From the NCBI GenBank assembly GCA_951406725.2, contig OX597825.1, positions 81,096,001-81,160,000 of the forward strand: a DNA stretch of 64,000 bases. The letters run 5' to 3'. The stretch's first letter is position 1. Every line of letters starts with the position of its first letter. This DNA is from Octopus vulgaris. Its lineage: Eukaryota. The notes beneath the pieces are model-generated. The model was not told where the DNA came from, did not search any database, and was given only the letters and a program-made list of their open reading frames with translations. Shown here piece after piece: positions 43,869-58,726 of this stretch. Made by a program: the position numbers and the translations under genes.

Positions 43869-44052
43869 TTCAAATTTTGATACAAGGCCAGCAATTTCGG
43901 AGGAGCGTGTAAATCGATTATATCAACCCCAATGATAGAAAGGATGAACAGTAAAGTCGACCTCGATAGAATTTGAACTCAGAACGTAGCGACGGGCGAA
44001 ATGCCACTAAGCATTTTACTCGGAGTGCAAACGATTCAACCAGCTCGCCGCC
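43869..44052 (-). mobile_element. SINE family A (tail type 2), internally deleted
   Basis: ttcaaattttgatacaaggccagcaattt...aaagtcgacctcg...cagctcgccgcc. Confidence 0.75.
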
Positions 44053-44069
44053 TATGTAATAATAATAAT

Positions 44070-44146
<77 letters not shown>

Positions 44147-44212
44147 TAATAATAATTATAGTAATAATAATAGTAATAATAATAATAATAATAACAACCG
44201 CAACAATAATGA

Positions 44213-44281
<69 letters not shown>

Positions 44282-44284
<3 letters not shown>

Positions 44285-44800
44285 AGCAAATATTCTGCTC
44301 AATACCACAGATTTGCTTGTTTTGTCTTGGTATAAAAGATGGGCTACAGCAAATATTCTGCTCAATACCACAGATTTGCTTGTCAGTTGTTTGACCTTAA
44401 CCAGTTGAGCATGTCCCTTAGTGGCTGACGATATGTGCATCTCTGATCACGAGCAGAAGTAGTGGGGGAGCATCATAGCCATGTGTTGAGAGGGATTCTT
44501 TGGGGTTTGAATAGTTCACCTCTGGAAACATGGGTGGTTCTTTCAACATCCTTAAACAACCCTTATTCAGGGACCGTTTGAGCGGGATGGGATACTCAAC
44601 CTGAAGAAAATTCTAACTGGGCCCCACTTGCAAGGTCATGTGCTGTTTATCTTGATATGAGATCACCATGTCACGCACATATGGTTGTGATGCATGTGCC
44701 TGGTGTACCTTTATCAGACGGGTAGTCATGATGGGTATATTGGGCTTCGTATATTTTACCCCAGTGTCACTTTGATGGCATGAACTGCTCTCTCACTCAA
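44282..44800 (+). mobile_element. Family D repeat in (AAT)n with a short 5' tandem duplication
   Basis: Homologous to 4073-4330 and 45495-45912; tacagcaaatattctgctcaataccacagatttgcttgt occurs twice (~44282 and ~44345). Confidence 0.75.
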
Positions 44801-44884
44801 TAATAATAATAATAACAATAATAATAATAATAATAAGTATTCTGCTCAATCATTGCTTGTTTTTCTGAAAGATCAGTACAGATT

Positions 44885-45359
44885 TGGCAGATGACAACGT
44901 GTCTCTAAAAGAAATGGAGAAACTTTCTCAAAATATTCAAAGACCTGAAGAAAATTCTAAATAGATGTGCTGTTTATCTTGTATCACTCAGAATGTGGAA
45001 TCTGGTGTACCTTTAAAACAGAAACAATTTTCCAGTATCACTTTGATGGCATGAACTGCTCTGCAATAATAATAATAATAACAATAATAATAATAATAAA
45101 ATATTCAGACAAATACATAACAAAAACACCTGGAAATAGAGGACTTACAAACACATATAACATACAGAAAATTGACAAATACTAACAAAACACCAGGACT
45201 TACAAACACATATAACTAGGCACTGCACTGCACACATCCTACGCAGAACACTTTCCATACAATAACCATCAGAGCATCACAACAAATCACAGCACATACC
45301 CAAGGCACACAGAGCTGCGCTCGGTAGTGAAGTGAAAGCACGCTATAAAAATAAAACTA

Positions 45360-45362
<3 letters not shown>
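44885..45362 (+). mobile_element. 3' end of an R4/Dong-clade non-LTR retrotransposon (restriction-like endonuclease tail), scrambled
   Basis: Pieces ADDNVSLKEMEKLS, RMWNL, GLTNTYNIQKI, GTA/AHILRRTLSIQ*; 3' UTR ends in (AAT)n, the known Dong target. Confidence 0.75.
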
Positions 45363-45406
<44 letters not shown>

Positions 45407-45464
45407 GAAGAATGATGTTGATGATGATGATGATAATAATAATAATAATAATAATAATAAATTT

Positions 45465-45912
45465 TAACTGGTTGGAAGTGTTATGTACATTGCTTTGTCT
45501 TGGTATAAAAGATGGGCTACAGCAAATATTCTGCTCAATACCACAGATTTACTTGTGAGTTGCTTGACCTTAACCAGTTGAGCATGTCCCTTAGTGGCTG
45601 ACGATATGTACATCTCTGATCACAAGCAGAAGTAGTGGGGGTGTGGGTGGGTATCATAACCGTGTGTTGAAAGGAATTCTTTGGTGCTTGAATAGCTCAC
45701 CTCTGGAAACATAGGTGTTTCGTTCAACATCCTTAAACAAACCATATTCAGGGGCTGTTTGAGCGGGATGGCCTACACAACCTGAAGGAAATTCTAACTG
45801 GGCCCTACCTGCAAGGTCATGCGCTGTTTGTCTTCATATAAAATCACTATGTCGCGTGCTAGGCTTCGTATATTTGTACCTCAGTGTCATTTTGATGGCA
45901 TGTATTGCTCTT
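45465..45912 (+). mobile_element. Family D repeat, diverged copy
   Basis: Colinear with 44320-44790. Confidence 0.75.
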
Positions 45913-45919
45913 TCGATAA

Positions 45920-46545
45920 TGCTTTCTTTATTAACCATTAAGGGTTGAGAAAAAACGTTGGGGATAGTATAGGACAGTGCTTTTCAAACTTTTTACTGGA
46001 GCGGAACCCCAAGGAATCATTCCACTGGCTCGAGGAACCACTGTGCAATAATTTAATAGTCTTATGTACACATATCTGTACAGGAGAATTAAAAATTACT
46101 GCCGATTTTAGCAGTTTTGTAACTTCTTGCGGAACCCCTGGACTATACTGGCGGAACCCTAAGGTTCCGCAGAACATTGGTTGAAGACCACTGGTATAGG
46201 ACAATACAATGTGGGGTTACATAAAAGGCGTGTAAGGCGATAAAAGATTACCAAAAATATTTATTTTAACAATGAATAATTTCCCAAAAGGGGTTATTTA
46301 AGGCTGCTCGTGGAAACGCCATAAAATCTCGAAGGCCTTGAACACTGGGGTAAATACCCTCTTCACACTGTCTACAAGTGCATGTCTAGAGTAGTTCCGT
46401 CCACTTGTACCATTCTTGCCAAGTTCACCCATCTTTCGACAAAACTTCTCGGGAGCAGCACTTCTCTTTCTACCCTGACTTTTCTTTTTTCCTGACTTTC
46501 TCGTCTTACACAACCTTCCAAGACTTCTTGTCAAAATATCCCATG
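45920..46545 (-). mobile_element. 3' end of a Tx1/L1-like element interrupted by an hAT MITE
   Basis: Minus-strand KKVRVEREVLLPRSFVERWVNLARM (Tx1-like ORF2 C-terminus); tail ends aataaagaaa. Confidence 0.6.
45975..46193. mobile_element. hAT (Charlie-like) MITE with 8 bp TSD
   Basis: gtatagga|cagtgcttttcaaac ... ggttgaagaccactg|gtatagga; repeated subterminal gcggaaccc motifs. Confidence 0.92.
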
Positions 46546-46552
46546 ATGCTTT

Positions 46553-46766
46553 GCGAGCTGGCAGAATCGTTAATTCACTGGGTAAAATGCTTAGTAGCAT
46601 TTCGTCTGTCTTTATGTTCTGAGTTCAAATTCCGCCGAAGTCGACTTTGGCTTCTATCTCTTCGGAGTCGATTAAATAGGTACCAGTGGAGCACTGGGGT
46701 TGATGTAATCGACTTACCACCACCACGGAAACTGCTGGCCTTGTGCTTAAGTTTGAAACCAATATT
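46553..46766 (+). mobile_element. SINE family A (tail type 2)
   Basis: gcgagctggcagaatcgtt...gagttcaaattccgccgaagtcgacttt...ggccttgtgcttaagtttgaaacc. Confidence 0.8.
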
Positions 46767-47787
46767 CCTTATTTCGAAGATGGAATAAAGTTTTAGTTAC
46801 ATGATAATACTTAGGGAAAACCGAAACTTTGACGCAGTTTCGATTCCTAGGTGAAGACATTCCGTTTCCTTAACAATGTTAAGGTAAGGTTTTCACTTAG
46901 GAATCGAGCATGAAAGTTAAACTTCTCTAATTTGCCCTCACCTAAAATATAGTCCCCCTTCTTTTAGGTATGTGGCCCAGTGGTTAAGTTGTTCGAATCC
47001 CTATCATAATGTCATGGATTCGGTTTCCAGACCACGCGGCACTTTGTGACCTCGAGCAAGTCACTTCATTCCACTTTGCTGTCGCCTCCTCAGCTATTAG
47101 CCTAATGTTGGTGCTGCTCGCTTTCCTTCTCGCGGTCACATTCTCAATGTTCTGGCCAGTCAAGGATGGGAAGACCAAAGCGGCGTCCGTGTCTACTTGT
47201 GACCATATAAACCCTTAATGCAATTAGCGAACGCATAGTAAATGCTACCCAGCCATACTCGTTTGTGAGTGACGGCTAAGCACACGACAAATAAACCGAT
47301 TCTCAGAGCTGGTTCGATCCTTGGTCGAAGCTTATGATAAACTTCGACTAATTCTCTTGGAGTAACGAGGAGTTACTAAATGGTTAGGCTGTTTGACCTA
47401 TGATCGTAAGGTTGTAGGTTCGATTCCTGGATCGGACAATTGTGCTCTTGTCAAGACACTTCATATCCATATTAGTCCAGGCCGCTCAGACGAAAATGAG
47501 TTACATCTGCAGACTGGTATCTTGGGGACAATTAGCAGAAATTTTTGCAAATTGAAGGATGTTTTCAGCGCTTGATGCCTATCGCAAACTAGAAAATATG
47601 GCGTTTCAGGAACTCGTAGTTGTTACAGTTCCCCGTTTTTTTTAAAATTTATTTTTACAAAAGTAGTTTTTCTAACTTTATATTCGTCTGAGATAGAATT
47701 ATTCCACACTGAAGAAGTAATGAAGATGAGAGAGAAGGATTATATAACAAAGAAAAGCTGCACAATACCAAAGAACTGATAATATGA

Positions 47788-48178
47788 ATGAGTTGGCAGA
47801 AGCGTTAGCAGGCCGGGCGAAATGCTTTGCGGTATTTCGTCATCCGTTACGTTTTGAGATCAAATTCCGCCGAGGTCGACTTTGCCTTTCATCCTTTCGG
47901 GGTCGATTAAATAAATACCAGTTACGCACTGGGGTCGATATAATCGACTTAATCCGCTTGTCTGTCCTTGTGTGTCCTCTCTGTGTTTAGCCCCTTGTGG
48001 GTAGTAAAAAAATAGGTATTTCGTCTACTGCAAAGTTTTGAGTTCAAATTTCGCCGAGGTCGACTTTGCCCTTCATCATTTAAGGGGCTATAAAATAAAC
48101 CCCAGTTGAGTACCGGAGTCGATCTAATCGACTTCCTCCCTTTCTCTCACTATTGCTGGCCTTGTGCCAATATTATGA
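47788..48178 (+). mobile_element. SINE family A dimer (tail 1, then internal restart, tail 2)
   Basis: Junction gtagtaaaaaaataggtatttcgtct at ~48001-48026. Confidence 0.85.
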
Positions 48179-49241
48179 ACGAATATAATTGAATATAACA
48201 TAAAAGTGTGATAACCATATTTTCTATTTTTTATTATTTGCTTTGGAATATACGGCTTTTGTTCTGATTCAAAATGAATCGACTCATACAGATGAGCCAA
48301 TTCGACGATCCGGTTTCGAATGGTTGAAGAAGGTGGAAGCAAAAGTTTGGAATCGTTTCATCGCTATTACATTGCTAATACGGTTAGGAAAAAAAGATTA
48401 CTGTGAACGTCACATAATCACATTCATGGTATTCCTTCGCAAAATTGTGACCTAACTAAGCCTAACTAAGAAATCGATATATCTGTTTTTTCGATATGAC
48501 CAAAAGTAAAAGAGGAACAAAATAAAATATTAAAAAATATATAAAAATTAAAAGAGGGAATACAGGCAAAAAAGAAACAAAAATCAAAATAACGAAAGGA
48601 AAATCAAACTAAAAGTAAAGAATTGACAGAAAAACGACGAACAGGCAGGTTTTTTATATATTTATATAAAAAGTTGTGGAAAACTTGAAAAAAATCTCCC
48701 CGACAGAGGCGTTTCCTTCACTACTTGAAAGTTTGATCACCAAATATAGATGGGATTTTGCTACTACCGATATCTAAAACCTTGATCAAGCAAACACCGT
48801 AACATATGATATATGAGTGAACAAAAGACTCGAATTTGTTATAACAAAGGATGGAGAGAGTTTAGCGAGGAAAAGATGCGCAACTCACTCGCTTACACCG
48901 CCTCTTTCTCTCTCTCTCTCCACCCCCATCTCTCCCTCTCTCTCTCTCTCTCTCTCTGTTGTGTTTTAGGAAGATGAAATGGTTACACAAAAATGGTTTG
49001 TGGCCAGCAAAAGGTGTGCGTGCGCGCGTGTGTATGTGTAAGTGTGCGCGCGCGCGTGTGAGATAGTGTCCGTGTCTGTGTAAAAAGCATGTAATTAGCA
49101 GTTTTTTGAGGCAAACGTTTTGTTATATATATATATATGTATATGTATGTATGTATATATATATATATGTATACATGTATATATATATACATTCATACAT
49201 ATATACATATATACATGTGAACATATATATATATGTATATA

Positions 49242-49347
<106 letters not shown>

Positions 49348-49922
49348 TATATATGTGCATATATATACACACACACACACTCAAGTATATATACGTAATG
49401 TTATGTTAATTTTTATTTTGTTCCGTTTATTTATTAAAGGTTGTTTTTCTTTTTGTTTTCGTTGCTAATCTACATATTTATCCACGTTTTGTTTATTTGT
49501 TTTCTTATCTATATATGTGTATGTATGTATGTATGTATGTATGTACGTATGTATGTATGTATGTATTTATATGTATTTGTTATTAAATTTTTGTTGTTGT
49601 TGTTATTTATACATTTGTTTTGAAGCATCAAATTGAAACCATGTGAAGTATTTTTATTGGTTAACACAGATTTCGTAAAAAGAAAACAAAAACAAAACAA
49701 AAGAAACAAAAGAAAAGAAAACAAAAAAAAACTGCAGTTAGGATGATGATAACAATAGATATTGGAATAAAGAGGGAAGTGAAAAAATTAGATACCTTAC
49801 AGCTCGTCACATCGTAAGCTTCGTAAGTGGAGAACAAAGCAAAGATGATGTGTGATGAAAGAGAGTGGCTCAATCATGACGACGACGACGACAACGACGA
49901 TGACGATGATGATGATGATGAT

Positions 49923-49960
<38 letters not shown>

Positions 49961-50248
49961 CAATAATAATAGTATTAATAATAATGATAATAATAATGAT
50001 AATTGTGGCGTGACACAAGTCCAGTAGAAGGGGACATATGAAGAAGACAGAAAGTGTTTGGGAAGAGCGAAAAAAGGAAAACAAAAGCCAGTACAAACGC
50101 GTTCACATTATATAAGCACCTATAGACATACATATACATTATATGCATACACATGTACACACATGTATAAATATATATATATATGTCAATATTGATATAT
50201 ATATACATCTATCTACCTACCTACCTACCTACCTGCCTGCATGTGTGC

Positions 50249-50322
<74 letters not shown>

Positions 50323-50397
50323 GTCTGTCTGTCTGTCTATGTATGTCTGTATGTATGTATGTATGTCTGTCTGTCTATCTATCTATCTGTCTGTCAG

Positions 50398-50444
<47 letters not shown>

Positions 50445-50449
50445 GTCTA

Positions 50450-50482
<33 letters not shown>

Positions 50483-50517
50483 GTATGTCTGTATGTCTGT
50501 ATGTATGTCTGTCTGTC

Positions 50518-50582
<65 letters not shown>

Positions 50583-50647
50583 GTCTGTCTGTATGACTGT
50601 CTATCTGTTTATCTATATATGTATATGTATGTATGTATATATGTATG

Positions 50648-50704
<57 letters not shown>

Positions 50705-50823
50705 ATTTATATGTCTGTAAAATGTGTACTTTTGTATGCGTGCATGTGTGTGCATATACAAGTGGTGTATATGTTTGTATTTATGAATGTATGCAAATAC
50801 CTGGGTGTATGAATGTGTGCATG

Positions 50824-50854
<31 letters not shown>

Positions 50855-51873
50855 ATATATGTATATATGTATATATGTATATATATATATATATGTGTGT
50901 ATGTATAGATATATATAGATCTACACACCCACACATATGTTTATGTATGTATGTATGTATGTATGTATGTATGTATGTATGTATGTATGTATGTATGTAT
51001 GTGCGTAAAATGAGTGTTGAAATAAATCTTTGGCTTCGCTGCCGATACTGGCGAAATAAGAACAACAATAACAAGAAATGAATATATAAATAATCAAATA
51101 AAAAGTTGACTGCTGTAACACTTGTCACAACTTAAAGAGTCGATTTCTAAATTTCACACAAATCTGATTTTATCGACAATAAATCAAACAACAAATAAAT
51201 AAACATAAATGAACAAATGAATAACAAAAAACAAAAAAAAACAACAAACAATTGAGATACAAACAAAGAAAGAAACAAACAAATATGCAAATAATATGAA
51301 AAACTAACCCATTATATAAATGAGAAATAAAAACGCAAATAAATATATGAAATAAATGCCACTACAAACAGAGGTAGAAAAAGCGAGACAGGAATAATAT
51401 GACAGAAATGGCACGCTTAAGAAGACTGTCTGTTGTTACTGTGAAGTTAACAAATTAAAGATGGATGCCATTGCAGATTATTCTTTTTTTTCTCAGCGAG
51501 TGAACAAAAACAAAATGGCGATTTCTTTGACTTTATACACATCGTTTGTTATTTTAGTTTATCATATTTTGCGCTCTTTATTTTTTTTAATATTTTTATT
51601 TTTTCCTTTTGTTATTATTTTGAATATCATTTTGTCAATGTTTTCCGTGGTTATTTTATAATTCATATATTATTTTTTTTTTATATTTCAAACGTCTATT
51701 TTCCAGCAGATTTTGTGTGTGTGTGTGCATGTATGTATGTATATACGTGCGTGTGCGTGTGTGTGTGTGTGTGTGAGTGCTTAAATGATGAATCCTTTCA
51801 TTTGCACACCATATTCTCTCTTCCCAAAACTCAGATTCTCTCTTATCTAAGTTTCTCTTATTCAGTCATTTTA

Positions 51874-51937
<64 letters not shown>

Positions 51938-51938
51938 G

Positions 51939-51989
<51 letters not shown>

Positions 51990-52115
51990 GTATATATATA
52001 CGTGTACATCATCTCTGTATATTTGTGTGTCCATCCTCCTATCTAAGTTTATTGGTCTATTAATATATACAGTAAGCTATTCGTTCATTCACCCAAATGC
52101 GTGCTTATCTATCTG

Positions 52116-52181
<66 letters not shown>

Positions 52182-52182
52182 A

Positions 52183-52236
<54 letters not shown>

Positions 52237-52642
52237 TTATATATCTCTCTATCTCTCTATTTGTCTATCTATCTGTCTATTTATGTTTGTATGTATCTAT
52301 CTATCTACCTGTCAGCCTATGTATGTATGCATGTATGTATGTATGTATGTATGTATCTATCTATCTATCTATCTGCTGTCTGTCTGCGTGTTTGTGTCTG
52401 TCTGTCTCCCTCTTTCTTTCATCCGCCTTCTTACTCTCAACCATGCTTACACACACATACACACATACACCTGCGGAAGCAAAAAAAGCCTAAGTTTGCG
52501 ACCACACGCATAGAGTTATAGCAATAAGACAATACAAACCTGCACACATACACAGACGTACAGATATGTACAAAATCACAGACATATAGATGGCAAAACA
52601 AGCACACACACAACACATACATATACACACATACATAAACAC

Positions 52643-52694
<52 letters not shown>

Positions 52695-53083
52695 ACACAC
52701 ACATACACACACTAAATCACTGAGCCGAAGAGGGGAACTTCTATGTGATCGCTCGAAATAGCAGCCAAATCCCTTTCAAACTAAACGGTACCGCCTTACC
52801 AACGAACATGTTAGAAACACGGTTCTGGATTTCCTGCATAAATGAAAAAGAAGGAATGGTCATTGTTGGAACGCTTTCGCTTGTAGGTTTGCCCGAACAA
52901 GGTTGACTTGCGGCTAAGGAATAATAACAGGAACATCTGCATATTAACAAACATAAATGGTATATATATATATGTGTGTGTGTGTGTATATATATATGTA
53001 TGCACACACACACACATATATATATACATACATATATATATATATACGTATATATTTATATATGTGATGTACATATATATGTA

Positions 53084-53117
<34 letters not shown>

Positions 53118-53245
53118 GATATACACACACATATATGTATATACATATATGTACATATACATATCTACATATCTACATATACATATATACATATATACAT
53201 ATATACATATATACATACATATATATATATATATGTATCTATATA

Positions 53246-53339
<94 letters not shown>

Positions 53340-53892
53340 CATGTATGTATGTATGTATGTATGTATGTATGTATGTATGTATGTATGTATGTATGTATAT
53401 ATGAATGCGTGTATGCCAATATATTCACTGTACGCTTGTAATCTTTTAATTTAGTGTAAATCTAGATTCTCTCCATTTAACGACTGCATCATACGCTCTC
53501 TCTCTCTCTCTCTGCATTTTTCTCAGTTCGTTCTCTTTCTTTAACACATCATCATCTTCTTCTTCTTCTTCTTCTTCTTCTTCTTCTTCTTCTTCTTCTT
53601 CTTCTTCTTCTTCTTTCTTCTTCTTCTTTTTTCTTCTTCTTCTTCCTTCTCCTTCCTCTGCTTCTCTGCATTTCTCCACACATACACACTCTCCCCATTT
53701 CTCCTCTCTCTCCTCCCTCTCCCTCATGTTTTTGTACACTCTGCCTTTCTTCATTCCCCTCCCCCTCTCTTACACATTATATCCTATTACTTTTACCTCC
53801 GTTTCTTTGTCTCATTCTCTCCTTCCTCTTCGTCTTTCTTCTATCCATAAATCCCCGTCTTCCCTTTTTTCAATATTTTCAAAAGGATTCTG

Positions 53893-54088
53893 TGGCGAGC
53901 TGGCAGAATAGTTAGAACGCTTACCGGCATTTCGTCCGTCCTTACGTTCTGAGTTCAAATTCTGCCGAGGTGTGCCTTACCTTTCATCCGTTCAGGGTCG
54001 ATAAAATAAGTACCAGTTTAACACTGGTGTCGATCTAACCGACTTTGCCCTCCCCCGAAATTGCTGGCCTTGCGCCAAAATTTGAAAT
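53893..54088 (+). mobile_element. SINE family A (tail type 2)
   Basis: ggcgagctggcagaatagttag...ttgctggccttgcgccaaaatttgaaa. Confidence 0.8.
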
Positions 54089-54446
54089 GGAGATTTTCAA
54101 ACTAAACTCTCTCTCTCTCTCTTTCGCAAATCCTGTATCATTTTTATCGTGTATAAACACACACACACTATGTATTTTAAAAATATCATTATCACTTTTC
54201 CCTCCATACACTTTCATTCATTCTTTTTTCCTTTCTTTCTTTCTTTCTCTCTCTCTCTCCCTCTCTCTAATTTTCTGTCTTTCTTTCCTACACCCATCTA
54301 CTAACTCTCTTTCTGTCTGTCTCTCTCTCTATCCACACACACATACATAAATACTCCCTCACTTTCTGAAGTCGCTCACTCCGCTCTCTATCCGTCTGTT
54401 TGTCTCTCCTTGTCACCCTGTCTACTTCTCTGTCTGTCTGTCTGTT

Positions 54447-54483
<37 letters not shown>

Positions 54484-55317
54484 CTTCTTCTATCTCTCTA
54501 TCTCCCCTCTGACGGTAAACTCTTTTATCTTATATTCTGTCCTCTCCAACAATTTCTTACTCTCTCTCTCTCTCTCTCTCTTTCTTCCTCCGACCACCTC
54601 TCTCTCTCTCTCAATTTGTCTCGCTGTATTCTCCTCTCTATCTCCCAACACATCTCTCCCACTCTCACTTTCCTTGTATATTCTTTCCCCCTTTCTCCCT
54701 CCTCCTCTGTCTCTTTATCTTTCTCCCATCTCACTCTATACCCACTAACATCTCTTCCCCCCTTTCTTCTCTATCTCCTCCTCCTCCGCCGCCTCCTCCT
54801 CTCTCATTCTCTCACTAATTCTCACCAATCCTTGTTTCCAAAGCTAAATGTTTGTCGTTTGTTCTTCATTTTAACTTTTCTCTCTTCATCTCATCCATTC
54901 AGTTTCATAGATTTATGCGCAATTGTGGGTTGTGAGATGACAGTGATGGTGGTGGTGATGGTGGTGGTGGTAATAGTGGTGGTGTTGTTGTTGTTCATGG
55001 TGATGCTGGTATTGGCAGTAGTTAAGGTTATTGTGGTGGTTGTGGTGGTGGCGATGTTGTTGTTGTTGTTGGTGTTGCTAGCGGTAGTGGTGGCCATATT
55101 GGTGGTGTTGGTGGCGGCGGTGGTGGTGGTGGTGGTGATGATGGTGGTGCTGGTATTGGTGATAGTTCTGGTTATTGTGGTGGTGGTGGTGGCGGAGACG
55201 GCAGTATTGGTAACGGTAGTGGTGGTGGTGTTGGAGGTGGTGAAGTGGTGGTTGCTTTGGTACTTTTCGTAACAAAGATAGTGATAATAACAGCAGCAGC
55301 AGCAGCAGCAGCACAGC

Positions 55318-55354
<37 letters not shown>

Positions 55355-55618
55355 ATAGTGGAGGTAGTTGTTTAGGTGGTGTGGCGTTGGCGGCGGCGGC
55401 GATGAGACAGCGGTTCCATAACGTGAGTGCGGAGAAAATGAGATTCGATGACATCAGGGGGCACTTGCTAAGAAAAACCCTTTAATAATACCTCTTTCGC
55501 GCTCGCTCATTGCTGTCGATGTTAAACCATGCTAACCATTTTTTTCAAAGACAAACAAAGAAGGAAAAAAAAGAGAAGAAAAACAAACAAAATACAAAGA
55601 AAAAAAAACGATAACGGC

Positions 55619-55683
<65 letters not shown>

Positions 55684-55691
55684 TAATAATG

Positions 55692-55722
<31 letters not shown>

Positions 55723-56470
55723 TAATAATAATAATAATAATAATGACAACAATAATAATAATAATAATGATAATAATAATAATGATAATAATAATAATAA
55801 TAATAATAAAACAGACAAAAGAAAATATTAAAGAAAAAGACACGTATAGAAAACAAATAAAAAAAGTGGAATAAAAATGAAGAAAAAATAATAAAATATG
55901 AAATATGATAGAAAATCCTGGAAAGAGCGAAACCGAAAAATGGCATCAAAGGACGTGGAATTGTGGAACCATAAATTGGCGGTGCCCAAAACTTTTGAAA
56001 AACTGAACCAAGAAATGACAATTTCGAAATAAATAAATAAATAAATAAATAAATATACATATACAAAAAAAAATATCTCTTTTTCTTCTTCTTCTTCTTC
56101 TTCTTCTTCTTCTTCTTCTTCTTCTTCTTCTTCTTCTTCTTCTTCTTCTTCTTCTTCTTCTTCTTCTTCTTCTTCTTCTTCTTCTTCTTCTTCTTCTTCT
56201 TCTTCTTCTTCTTCTTCCTCCACCTCCTCCGCTCTATATGCATATATATATATATATATGTATATATTTCTCTCTTACTTTCCCTCTCTCTTTCTCTTTC
56301 TCTCTTTCCTCTCTCACTTCCATCACCACCACCACCACCACCACCACCACCACCCACCACCACCACCATCATCATCATCACCAACAACATCTTCACTACC
56401 ACCATGCTGTGTATGTTGTAACCGTACTTCCAACCAACACAGATACCTCTGTCTTCACCCCACTCTATCA

Positions 56471-56515
<45 letters not shown>

Positions 56516-56877
56516 TCTCACATTTTCTCTTTCTTTCTCTCACTCTCTCTATCTCCCTTTCTATTTCTGTCTCTTCTTAGTCTCTCTCTCTCTCTCTCTC
56601 TTTGTTTGTTTCTCTCTCTCTGTCTCTAATCAATTCATTGCCGCCACCTTTTCTAAACCTCCACACATCACACATCAGACTCAACGCTCGCCTCTTTCTC
56701 TCTCTCTCTCTCTCCGCCCCGACTCTCCCTTTCACCCTCTTCCCGTCACCCCTACCCTACCCCACTCACCCGCCCACCCACTCATCCACCCATTCAAGCA
56801 ATGAACTAAACCGCAAATGAAATACAGCGTTAAATGTTCAAATGTTCGGATTAATAGAATAAAAGGGTTTTAAAGCC

Positions 56878-56930
<53 letters not shown>

Positions 56931-57329
56931 CTACAATATCCACCGACCACCCGTTTCCTCCACAGCCCCCCTCCCCCGCCTCTGTCCAATGATATCCCAT
57001 ATCATATCACCCGTGTTCAATCATACCCAATTATCTACCTGCCTACTTCCCTCCCCACCCACACGCAATCGCTCCTAACAACCTGCCTTCTAAACCACAT
57101 CCCTAACCAGACCGATCTATATGCTGTCAGGATTATATCTCATCTGCTTCTAATCCTATCTATCGACAGAAAATCCTCTTCAACTACCAATTTGCTTACA
57201 AAAGGAACCGAAGAACTTAACTACTCAAAACTAAATCACAGTAAAACCTTTCCATGTTCTTAACCAGAACCAAATGCACGTTTCTGTTCAGAAAAAAAGA
57301 AAGAAAAAAAAATCACCCAAAATTGGCCC

Positions 57330-58101
57330 TCCGTCGGTTACGACGATGAGTATTTCAGTTGATATGATTAACGGAACAGCCTGCTCGTGGAATTATTAAT
57401 GGCCAAGTAGCTGAGTAATGCACAGATAAATATACCTATTTCTTTACTACCCACAAGGGGTTAAACATAGAGGGGACAAACAAGGATAGATAAACGGATT
57501 AAGTAGATTACATCGTCACCAGTGCGTAACTGGTACTTAATTTATCGACCCCGAAAGGATGAAAGGCAAAGTCGACCTAGGCGGAATTTGAACTTAGAAC
57601 GTAGCGGCAGAAGAAATACCTACTTCTTTACTACCCACAGGGGGCTAAACACTGAGAGGACAAACAAGGACAGACAAACGGATTAAGTCGATTACATCGA
57701 TCCCAGTGCGTAACTGGTACTTAATTTATCGACTCCCGAAAGGATGAAAAGCAAAGTCGACCTCGGCGGAATTTGAACTCAGAACGTAACGGCAGACGAA
57801 ATACGGTTACGCATTTCGCGTATAACCTTAACGTAGTTCTGGGGGAGATTTGTCCAAATAGCTGAGTAATCCACAGACACGCATCCCATGAACGTAGTTC
57901 TCAAGGAGATTTAGCATGACACGCAGAGCGTGACAACACTGACCTTGTGAATTACAGGTACAGTACAGCATTGAACACTAAGTGAATTGGAACAATGTGA
58001 AATAAAAGTGTCTTGATCACGGACACAAAGCGCTCACAGGTATCGAACTCCCGTTCTTACAATCGTGAGATGAATACCCAGCCACTATGCCACGTGCCTT
58101 C
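57330..58101 (-). mobile_element. SINE C-like element with a nested SINE A dimer (57433-57820)
   Basis: C-like head (reverse complement) at 57995-58101; C internal pieces at 57330-57430 and 57825-57960 resemble 22893-23050; two A bodies lie between. Confidence 0.7.
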
Positions 58102-58318
58102 ACAAGTAAACCTAACAACCTACTAACATACCTTCACCCATATCGACCAATCTAATACTAAGACGAAGAGGCGCTGAAAAGTTCCTGGCTTTAAGGGTGT
58201 CGAGGAAGGGCTAGATGGCGGCCCAAAATTCTGAAATCTTTGACAGGGCTTATCAATATATATATTCTGAGATCTTTTACAGGGCTTCTATATATATTAC
58301 CAATTTGGTAATAAAATG

Positions 58319-58490
58319 GGGTCGGCTAGCTGGATATATCCTCCGAACTTTCAAAACAAGAGAAAAGGAGACATGGATCATCCTGCGAAGGACATACGAC
58401 CTCAGCCGCTTGGATTACTGCTCCTAACTATTGTCACCACACAATATAAAACTCAAGGCGGAACTCGAAGCAATCCAATGAAGCTAAGAA
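58319..58490 (+). pseudogene. CR1/L2-like non-LTR ORF2 fragment (post-RT region)
   Basis: GRLAGYILRTFKTREKETWIILRRTYDLSRLDYCS*LLSPHNIKLKAELEAIQ* fits the CR1-group pattern ILRTF...RLEYCS.LWSP...LE.IQ. Confidence 0.75.
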
Positions 58491-58499
58491 AATCGTCGT

Positions 58500-58616
58500 G
58501 ACTTCTGGGACTTGACTGATGAAGGAAAGACTGTCCTAGTTGTTGTTTCTCTTGTTCGACTTTGTATCATCTATCTGTCCGAATGTTTTAATGTCACCTA
58601 TTGCGTTTTTGTTCCG

Positions 58617-58620
<4 letters not shown>
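58500..58620 (+). mobile_element. Family H4 fragment ending at (TA)n
   Basis: cttgaCTGATGAaggaaagac...; homolog of the reverse complement of 6720-6830. Confidence 0.55.
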
Positions 58621-58666
<46 letters not shown>

Positions 58667-58726
58667 GGATATATATATATATAGAGAGAGAGAGAGATAG
58701 ATATAGATAGATAGATAGATAGATAT

